This document shows, piece after piece, positions 45,113 through 56,330 of a stretch of DNA of 64,000 nucleotides. The notes below the pieces were generated by a model. It made no database searches. It saw nothing but the letters and a program-made list of their open reading frames with translations, and had not been told where the DNA came from. The first letter of the stretch is position 1; every line of letters starts with the position of its first letter. This DNA is from the human T2T-CHM13v2.0 reference genome, Homo sapiens, in NCBI RefSeq assembly GCF_009914755.1, contig NC_060931.1; one strand, written 5' to 3'. The translations under genes were made by a program, and so were the position numbers.

Positions 45113-45935
45113 TCTACGCTGTTCTTTTCAAAGTTTCCTTTACTGCAGGACTTCTCAGGGACTTTAACGTAACACGTGTTCTGTGAAATGTCCATATGCA
45201 ATCTATAATATTTCCCAAATGTATCTGTCCAGAAAACTTTTTTTTTAACGAAACATCTTGCGGCACACGTTTCTCATAGGACATACTTTGAGACTATTTG
45301 CCTCCTCGGTTTCTCAGAAAGAATCGCTAAATAGTCTTGGCCAGAAATGCAATGGAAAGTGGCAGAGAAAACTTTCCGTTAGTCCCATATTGAATTATCA
45401 CCACCTGCATCTATGGGCTTGTCTCCAGGAAAGTAGCCCAATTCTTTTGAGTAACTCTTTCCAATTCAGAGAACAGTAAAACTTCTATTAACTGCAACTT
45501 CTACTGTGCAAAGCAACGGAAGATAAAACAGTAAAAGAAACAGAATACTTGTATTTGTGATCATTTGAACATCTCACTTCCTGCTTTAAATCTGTGGTGA
45601 CTTGGGACCTCTAGGATATAAACTTTTCACAGCCTGCATCCAGGTACCACCGGTGCATCCTCCCCCACCCAACGAGTCCCTGCTCCCCAAACCCCAGGCA
45701 CATCCAATGGCTCTGTAAGTCTGACATGGAAAACTGGTTCTACCTTAAGACTGCCAATGGTCCATTTGCGGCACCTGCTGGTGGCAATGCGTAAAGGAAC
45801 CCCCCAGACTAAATCAGGATCATCCCCCAGCCAGCTATGGTCTGGGTAAAGAACTAGAGAACTTGAGACCAACGTTTGCTATCTCTTCCCTCTTCATAAA
45901 TGGCTTGCCATTTCCTGAGCCTGCTAAGGTCCTTT

Positions 45936-46613
45936 TGTGTCCAGAATTGGTGCGTTCTCGGTCTCACTGCCTTTAAGAATGAAGCAGCGAACTGTCGCGG
46001 TGTTTCAGTTCTTAAAGATGGTGTGTCCAGAGTTTGTTCCTTCAGATGTTCAGATGCGTCCGGAGTTTCTTCTGGGGGGTTCGTGGTCTCCCTGACTTCA
46101 GGAGTGATACCGCAGACTTTCACCGTTAGTGTTACAGCTCTTAAAGGTGGCGCGTCCGGAGTTGTTTCTTCCTCCCGGTGGGTTCGTGGTCTCGCTGGCT
46201 TCAAGAGTGAATAGCGAAGCTGCAAACCTTCGCGGTGAGTGCTACAGCTCATAAAGGTAACACGGACCCAAATAATAAGCAGCAGCAAGATTTATTGCGA
46301 GCAGTGAAAAAAAAACAAAGATTCCACAGCGTGGAAGGGGACCCAGGTTGCTGCTACTGGCTCAGGTGACCTGCGTTTATTCCCTTATCTGGCCCCACCC
46401 ACACATCCTGCTGATTGGTTCATTTTACAGAGAGCTGATTGGGCCGTTTTACAGAGCGTTCATTTGTCTGTTTTGACATTGTGCTGACTGGCGTGTTTAC
46501 AAACCTTTAGCTAGACACAGAGTGCTGATTGGTGTATTTACAATCCTTTAGCGAGACACAAAAGTTCTCCAAGTCCCCACCCAACCCAGAAGCCCAGTCG
46601 GCTCCACCTCTCG
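45936..46613 (-). mobile_element. LTR12 (ERV9) solo LTR, short type, sense to ELMO1
   Basis: Minus strand (C)GAGAGGTGGAGCC...GGGGACTTGGAGAACTTT to ...CCAATTCTGGACACA; perfect 4-bp TSD cttt (45932-45935, 46614-46617). Confidence 0.95.
46376..46535 (-). promoter_or_regulatory. LTR12 U3 core promoter motifs
   Basis: CCAAT boxes (ctgattgg near 46411, 46435, 46525), GT-box ccccaccc 46393-46400, GATA 46385-46390, TATA-like AATAAA 46376-46381. Confidence 0.6.
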
Positions 46614-47849
46614 CTTTCACCCTGTCTTTGTTCAGAATGTTCTCTCTACCTCCAATGTCCTTTCCTTCCCTTGGGTCTGCTTCAAAAATTCCCATCTAGA
46701 TTTCAGTGCCAATCTCATGCACCAGTTTCTCTTAAAGATCTCCCTGACCTCACGGCCTCCCGTGCTAGAAGTAACTGCCCTGAATCTGTCTTCTTAGGCG
46801 CTTACAGTGACCTACCAGAGCACTTTTCCACACCTTATCCTATTTGTTTATATGAGTTCTCTGAGGGTAGGACTCATATCTTACTCATCTCTGTTGTTCC
46901 AGACCTGATCAGACAGCATGGTAAAGAGCAACTCAATATTTTCCAGACAAGTGAATGAATAAATGAACCACTCTTTCCTTAAAACCAAATTCAAAGATTA
47001 AAATTACAAATGTGAAGGATTACTCAAGCCAGTGATGCATTTTTAAAATCCAGAATTCCTTGCACAGAAAACCTTCCGGCATTTCTTCAAGCAGCAGCTA
47101 TTCATTTGTTCCCACTGGACAGAAATAGAAAGGGAGCTGCTGAGAGGTGAGAGGAGGGCCTATTCCAGATTCCTTTTCCTCCTGGAAAAATTCTTTCAAA
47201 AACAAGATGAGACCTGAGCTGAGCCACTCACTCTCTTCCCTTCACTCCAAGCTCTCTTGCGCTTTGGGAATCAGCATTTCAACTGGAAAGTTCATCATTT
47301 TGCAAACTAATGCACACACTTCCTCCCTTGTTCTGGTTTTCTGGATATTTGCTTTTCAATTCCTTTTCAGCTGTTGTAATGCCAGTGGCTGCTCCCTTCC
47401 TCCCAGCAAGCCTGTCACTCGGTGATGTGTGCAGACAGTCCCCAGTGGAGGAGGCAAGGCTCGAGCCCAGTTCCCTATCGCAGAACCCAGACTCGAAGCC
47501 ACAGGAAGTGCTGGAGCATTTCCACCATCCTGTGAGCCAAACATTCAAAGTTTCCAAACCTGCTGATCAAAAAACAATATGTGAAACTTCTTTCTTGGGC
47601 CTCTCTCCAGCAACAGCAGAGCTCTAACTACCACCCCTAGAACATTTGATTGCATCAGATTACCAGCGAAGGCCCCTGCAGAACTCTGGGCTGTGCCTCC
47701 ACTGGGTTTCACCTGACAACCCTCGTACACAGAATTAGTCATTCTGATGCATAATGCAATGCCGCATAGCCGCCTCTCACGGAATACCATTAGGCTCTTT
47801 CTCCCGGCCTGACGTCCTTATTCCCAGAGGAGCACAGACTTTTATGAGG

Positions 47850-48045
47850 GCTCTGGGGTCAGTTGTTGGCCTGGGTGTTAATCCTGGTTCACCCACATTG
47901 AAAACGCTGTGACTCTGGACAAATTAGACAACATGTGACCCTCAGTATCCTCATCTGTGAAACTGGAATGACAGAGGTACCTTTCTCATGGGATTATTAT
48001 GAAGATAAAATATCTATAAAGCAATTAGAGTAGTGCCTGACCTGG
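47850..48045 (+). mobile_element. MIR
   Basis: cctcagtatcctcatctgtgaaactggaatgaca core. Confidence 0.7.
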
Positions 48046-48867
48046 GATTATCATTTGCCAGACATGGGGTAGCTGGATAAATGAAACTGAGGAAACACAT
48101 CTGTAGTCCAGTCTCATGAAACACACAGAAGCCACACTGCATGAGAATTCCTTTTGCTGTAAGCATCATAACCGAATTGGACAAAGAGCTATGGCACTAG
48201 AAAGGAAATAATAACTTTGCTTTAAGTTCAGGGAGTTTTTAGATTTGAAGTTTTGAGGGCATAGAAAAGATTCTAGGTGAACGATTGTGTTGACAGAAAT
48301 CGGAGGGGGGAAAGTTAGGGTAAGATTCTGGAAGGATTGACCTACATTTGCAAAGGCAGGAAGTCACAGAGAATTGCCTGAGCAGATGCCCTGATGGAAA
48401 ATAAGAGAACCATTTTCCCTCCTGACCACAGGTCTAGTCCTCCAGGAAAGTTCTCTGAGAACACAAAGGTGACCAGGACCCAACTTGTTCTAAATCCTTT
48501 CTCCGCAAGGAGAAATGGATGTCATCTTGAGTTATGAGGTGGCTGAGTGCTTTAAGAAGGCTCACAGGGGAGCTTCTGCACAGAGGGGGATCTGCCCCAC
48601 TATTACTGCACATCTTCACCAACTGTATGTTCTTCCAGCCTTGCAGAGTGACATCTGTCCTTTTCTGTCTGATCCTCCCAGCAACTAGACAGAGGGTAGT
48701 GTTAGGGCTTAGAAAACAATCAATACCCCAAAGTATGGAGCTTTGGCATGCTGAGTACTCTGAACTAAAGAAGACTGGAAGGTCTCAGAACCAAGGTCTC
48801 TCTGACCTCTACTGCTCTCCTTTCTCCCATCTCTCTTTCCCCACTGAAGCAACTCATAAAAAACAAA

Positions 48868-49572
48868 ATTCCATCGTGTCTATGTGCCACATTTTCTTTA
48901 TCTAGTCTATCATTGATGGGCATTTGGGTTGGTACCAAGTCTTTGTTATTGTGAACAGTGCTACAATAAACATACACGTGCATGTGTCTTTATAGTAGAT
49001 TGATTTATAGTCCTTTGGGTATATACTCAGTAATGGGATCGCTGGGTCAAATGATATTTCTGGCTCCAGATCCTTGACGAATCACCATACTGTCTTCCAC
49101 AGTGGTTGAACTAATTTACACTCCCACCAACAGTGTAAAAGCATTCCTATTTCTCCAAAGAATGAGTTCATGTCCTTTACAGGGACATGGATGAAGCTGG
49201 AAACCATTATTCTCAGCAAACTAACACAGGAACAGAAAACCAAACACCCCATGTTCTCACTCATAAGTGGGAGTTGAACAATGAGAACACATGGACACAG
49301 GGAGGGGAACATCACACACCGGGGCCCGTGTGATAGGGGAGGGATGGAATTACGAGAAATACCTAATATAGATGACAGGTTGATGGGAGCAGCAAACCAC
49401 CATGGCATGTGTATACCTGTGTAACAAACCTGCACATTCTGCACATGTATCCCAGAACTTAAAGTATAATTAAAAAAAAAAAAGAAAAGAAAAATGATCA
49501 ATGGATAGGAAGACAAATTCACAAAATCCTTTAAGCATTTCTTAATAAAAGCATAATAAATAAATAAAAAAA
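48868..49572 (+). mobile_element. L1PA7-like insertion with 5' inversion and extra 3' segment
   Basis: 48868-49157 inverted L1 ORF2 end; 49158-49471 forward 3' end; A-tail 49472-49494; unique segment then second A-rich tail. Confidence 0.9.
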
Positions 49573-49869
49573 TCCTCTTCCACAAAGTGGGTCATAGAAA
49601 CTAGAACCTATCTCCACCAAAGTAAACCATGAAACCTAGGAAGGTCACTCTCTTCCTTCTTCCTTCTCCCCAAAGACCCTCTTTCCAGAGGAGTCCTGCC
49701 CTATATCCAGGAGGAAGACATGCTACACAGACAGACCAATAAGAATCTGAACCAACAGCCCTTGCTGAGGTTCCTCCTCAGTCATACTGCCATTAGGTCA
49801 CACCCTTTGTCCAATCATAGTTCTATATGGCTGTCCATTCTTTATCAAGCCTAAACATAAGAATAGTTA

Positions 49870-49935
49870 TGGGGCTTTGGGTCTTTGTTTCTGGGGCTTT
49901 GGGTCTTCATTTCTGGGGCTTTTGGTCTTCGTTTC
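49870..49935. repeat. 22-bp unit x3
   Basis: tggggctttgggtctttgtttc / tggggctttgggtcttcatttc / tggggcttttggtcttcgtttc. Confidence 0.9.
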
Positions 49936-51979
49936 TAAAGGCTCCCATGTTATATAAAACTTATATTAAATAAATGTGTTATGCTTTTCGCTTGCTAACC
50001 TGTCTTTGGTTTCAGGAGTGTCAACAGTGGCCCATATGATGGTTGAACACAGGTATCACACCCTTCCCTGCTATAGTAGGCATAATCCACCTGGGGCCTA
50101 ATGAGCTTTGCTGGCGAGACCTCAGCCCAGCTGCCCCCCAGAAGCTGTGGTTTTAGTGGAGACTAAGACATAATGATTACTCAGCTTCATTCCTAGGGTT
50201 GTCTTATCATGGCTCTAAACAGCAGAACCTCAGAATGTTTCTCAGGAAAGATGCAGTTAAAAAACAAATTTCCCCCATTTTCAGTGCTGTAGATATTTTA
50301 TCTCTCTAGTTATTAGCCACAAACCTACCCTCACTAGTAAGACAAACAAACCTATAGATTTTTTCCTTCTCATCTCTTTCACTTTAGGAGGCTCTGCCAA
50401 AACTCCCTGGATTTTATGATAAAATCTCTTCCTTCTAGTTTTTATCTGAGCTGCCTCACATGTTTGCTGCAGTTTGGTTTAAGATAAAACACAGTCAGGG
50501 TACATGCTATCAGCATGGCCATACGGCCATACTGTGAGAGCTTTTCACACAAACATCAAGATGACAGTGGAGCCAGTGGGCCATGCTTAAGAACAAAAAG
50601 ACTTGTTCCTGCTCAAATGCATAGATAAATAAGATCTGAGGTGCTGAATGGCAGTCTGTGGTGCATATTTGGGGGGAAAGTGGTCTGTGGTTCTATTCTG
50701 AAAGCCAATATTATTGATTACATCCTAGGGTTGCTGATCTGCTCACTGGTATCCCAGGGCATTCTGAATGAATTGTTTTTTTAATGCTCATTTTCCCCTC
50801 AAGTTAGCATGGGCAGAGAGCTTCCCCACAGCCTGTCTGTACTCCCTGGGAAATTACCAGATTAAAAGCTGGTAAGAGGAAAATAGAGAAACTTCCAACC
50901 CTGTGTTGGCAGTTTGCTAATTTCATACTTCTGAAAATTTACTTTGATTTCTCCTCTAGCCTCCATTAACAGTATACTGATAATTTCAAATGCTTTGTAT
51001 CTGCATTCAGTTCTAGCAAACTTGAAACTCAACCTGCTAATAATATCCACTTTGACAAGGACTCTATTGTGCCAAAACCAAACTAATGACAATAAAAACA
51101 AGTACACAAATACAGACACACAAATCCCTAGCTAGACTGATGAAGGCAATTGTGAAAAAAATTAGAGAAGGCCATCTTGCATCTTATTGCCCAGAAAAAT
51201 ACCAGATATTATAAACCCATCTGGAACACTTGAGTTCTGCTGACAGGTCTGGTAATGGGTACAGATTCTGGGGCCTAGTTATCTGAGGTGTGAATTTGAT
51301 GAGAAAGGTCAAAGAAAACCAGATTCCACTGGACACCTAAAAAATCTTACTTTTCTCAGCCTTTCAAATCTTACTTTTCTCGGCCTTGATTTGAAACTCC
51401 TACAAACTTTATAGAGGAAATATGGGGAAAAAAAAGAGAACAGGCTTTGGAGGCAGACAGACCTGGACTGGAATGTAAAAGCAGGTAATGTGTTAAGCCC
51501 GGGCACAAGCTGACCAGATTTGCATTTTACCTTTGCCTACATGAAGAACAGACTGGCATGGGGCAAGGATGACGGGGTAGGTTGGTAAGAAAGTGACTGA
51601 TGGCAGTGACTTGGGCTGGAGTGATCGTGGAGACAGAAAAGGTGATGGATTTATAAGCTATTTAAAAAATCAAAACAATTGATAATAGACAAACAGGGAG
51701 AAGCTGGAGTCATTGACGAACCAGGATTATGGCTTCTATAACAGAATAGGTGGTGATGTCATTTACTGAGATAGGACTACTCCAAATAGAAGATGGACTC
51801 TCTGCCAATCTGTTGACCTGTATCAAGGCAATGGGTGTAGAGACTCATCTGGAGGAACCAGTGGTAAAGTCCAAGCCATCAGTGCCAAATACAGCCTTCC
51901 TACTCCTTCCTTGCAGGACTATCTGCTTTACTGCAGATTACATCTAAAAATGCACAGCCATTTTCTCCTAATAAGCAGG

Positions 51980-52465
51980 AAGGCAGCAGAGTACAGCAGT
52001 TAACAACCACTGATTGGACTCTGACTGTCTGTATTCTAATCCTAGTTTCACTACCTCCTAGCCTTGTGGCTTTGGGAAAATTCCTCTCTGTGCCTCAGTT
52101 TACTCATCTGTAAAATGGAGCAAACCACAGTACCTATGTCAACAATTTCTTAGGATGAGTACTAAAATGACAGTAATAGCCAACACACCTATATAACTTA
52201 CCCTGTGCCAGGTACCCTATTAAAGAGTGTACATAGATTAACACATTCAGTCCTCACAACAGCCCCGTGACAAAGGCGCTATCATAATCCCCACCCTAAA
52301 CATGGGTAGATGGAGTCACTGAGGAAACTGGTCACTTATTTGGCTAGTCAGCAATCTAGCCCATCCGAAGGCAGTGTTCTGAACCATTACCCTAAACTTC
52401 CTTGGACCTTAATATGCACAAGGCTTAGAACAGTGCCCGGCACCGAGTAAGAGCGTGGCACATTA
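51980..52465. mobile_element. MIR (+) interrupted by a MIR (-)
   Basis: tgcctcagtttactcatctgtaaaatgg, then cttaccctgtgccaggtacc...tcctcacaacagccc, then cttagaacagtgcccggcac. Confidence 0.65.
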
Positions 52466-53739
52466 TCCCTGACTCTGAAAGCCAAATCCAGGCTGGTTCA
52501 CAGGGAAGAAAAAGGCTTTATGCACTTTTCCATTATTGATCACGGTCACACCTTTTCACTTTGTACTTGTGTAATACTGACTGCGACACGGTGAACTTGC
52601 TTCTGACTTTGAGTCTGTGGACAGGAATCAGTTATGGCCTGAGATTTTCAAGCTCCACAGAGACTCCATTTTTGATGCTGTGATAGAAGCTGCAACTTGA
52701 TACTACCTCTGAGAGTCAGCTCTGCGGAAAAATACCCCTGGCTCGGATCATAATTTCCGTTCTGGTAAAACGGGGATCTTTTCATGACCTCTAAGCTTTT
52801 ACCTTTTCACTTCATGAATGGATAAACTTTGTGTGAGTTGAATATACTCTCCCTCCCCTTAGAGAAAGAACAGAGAGATTCTTTTATAAGCAGATAAGGT
52901 GATTTTATTTCCACTAACAAGGAATAATCTTAATTGACATCTTGCTCTGTCAGAGTACAGCCTCAGAACAAGTACTCAAAACTGAAAGAATCACTTTTTG
53001 GTAACAGGCCCCAGCATTTAATGAGCTTATTATGGCAAAGAACCTAAATAGCAAATCAATTCACTTAGGTGCAAGAGAGTTCACTGGGAAGTAACACGGC
53101 TTAAAATGAAAGTTTATGAAACTTAACTGAAATTTAAAAAAAAAAAAAAAACACCAAGGTCGACATTTCAAACATCTACATAAAGTTTTTCCAGGTAAAA
53201 ATTAGCTCAGCCATACACTTAAAAGACAAAACTCTAGGGGTCCAACAGATGCATAACTTTTTAGAGAAAAATCCAGAATCTGCCTGTGGGTAGTCCTCGG
53301 TATACCCAGGAAGAGCTAAAGTGGCTGCCTATTCAGAGGTGAGATTAAATTAGGCTTCTCACATTTCAAAGATTTCAACCCAATACTCAGCCCAACTGAG
53401 TAGTAAGGCCTGTGTGGTTTTCAGTAACTGCAAAGTGTAAAGAGAAATTGCGCTCTGCCCCCTTATCAGTAAGTCTAACACTGAATTAACTGCCATCTAC
53501 AAAGGTGGTGTCTACATTGTTCTCAGGAAAATTTTATAAAAACCTTAAGATTAAAGAATAGAAAATAGTTTAATAATATATGGCAAAACTATGAGAATAA
53601 GAGTCATGTAAAAAATTCACATTAAAATATGAGTGACACTGGACAATATTCACAACATATTTTCAATGATTCATTTACACCCATTGACATTTGAATATTA
53701 ATAAGTATTTACTTCAGTACACACTCATTATGATGATAA

Positions 53740-54920
<1,181 letters not shown>

Positions 54921-55199
54921 AATGTATATGATATATATATATATATAATTTCTCCGTTACATCCTTGTGCCAGGTATTACCAGGTACTACCTCCCACCAG
55001 GTATGCTTCTAGGTATTGAGCACAAGACATTGAACACAAAACACAAAGTTTCTGCTCAGATGGTACAGTTATAATATGACAGGGCCACCCACTGTCCCCC
55101 AGTGGACATCTGGCATGGGTAAGCCTGTGATAAGCCACTAGCACTTTTAAGATTGCTTGGACCCACGACAGAGTTTAGCCTAGACTAACTAATACAGGG

Positions 55200-56330
55200 C
55201 TCATTTCTGAGTCCTTGTCTTTCTCCAGGCATCGCCTCTAGGTAGTCTCATCCAATCCCATAGATACATTTTAAATGTATATCCTGAACCCAAGCCAACC
55301 AACCTTCCTTCATTCCTTCCTTCCTTCTTCCCTCCCTCCCTCAAATAGCCAACTGCCTACTTGACATAGCTACTTAGGTATCTCACAAGCATCTCAAATT
55401 TAACATATCAAAAACTGAACTCTTTCCTCCAGAAGCTATTTTTCCTTCAGATTCCTCACATTAGAAAATGGCTTTGTGGTACACCTTTACACCAGATTTC
55501 CTGCTTCCCCTCTTCTGAGCACTCTAGGGGACTGCACTTCTAGCCCCCTTGCAGGATAAGGCCACAGCCATACATATGACTCTTGTGGCTAAAGACATGT
55601 GAGTGGAAGTGACAGAGGCACTGGAGAGCCAGGTTCTCTCTTCCCTTGCCACAGTGAATTTGGTAGAACGTGTACTGATATGGAAGGCAGACTAAACCAT
55701 TGAGTTTGAGGACAGCTGCCCTGGAGGGTCACTTGGACTTAGAGCAGATTTTGCAAGACAGCAAACTCTGTTGCAGTAACCTGAAATGTTGAAGATGCTG
55801 TTGTCAGAGCATGAACTAGCCTCCTCTGATGACTTCGGGGCCCTCTGACAACTTCAGGGCCCTCTGATGACTTCAGGTGCTTGTGCCAGACCAAGGAGTC
55901 CTTCACACTCCTTCTCCCTCCCCTCCATGTCCAGGCCACCACCAATCCAACTCAACCCTCACAAACATTCCCTAGGCCAAACCAACATTTCCCACCTGGG
56001 CTCTTGCAAGAGCCCTTAGATCTATTCTCTACATAGCCACCAAAGTCGAAACCACAAAGACTTTCAAACACCTCCTCTGTTTAAATCCCTTCAATGGCTC
56101 CCCACTGCTCTCAAGCTCAAATCCAAAGTCTTTAACATGGCCCGCAAAGGCCTGTGTGATCTAACCAGGGCCCAACTGTCCAGACCTCATCCCGCGCATC
56201 CATCCATCTCTCTCTCCCTCACCTCATTCCTCTCTCCTATCCCCATCCCACATCAGTGGCTCCAGCCCTCTCTCAGTTGCCCAAACATGCCAAGCTCCTA
56301 CGATGAAATGTAGTCTCTCTTCCTCTCCAT
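55200..56330 (+). mobile_element. L2 fragments interrupted by an old MLT1 LTR (about 55480-55825)
   Basis: gcatctcaaatttaacatatcaaaaactgaactc; ttaaatcccttcaatggctccccactgctctca. Confidence 0.55.

Larger units (their letters stand above)
48697..50075 (+). mobile_element. ERV1 MER39/MER34-group solo LTR interrupted by an L1
   Basis: gttagggcttagaaaac...ccccaaagtatggagctttggcatgctgagtac; resumes at 49573 tcctcttccacaaagtgggtcatagaaactagaacc. Confidence 0.8.

Noticed and set aside
45768-45781. CTCF-like CCAGCAGGTGCCGC next to the LTR12
   Set aside because: Mismatch at a strongly conserved core G; not supportable without ChIP data
45854-46288. 144-aa and 104-aa ORFs
   Set aside because: Lie almost entirely within LTR12 R/U5 repeats; typical spurious LTR12 translations
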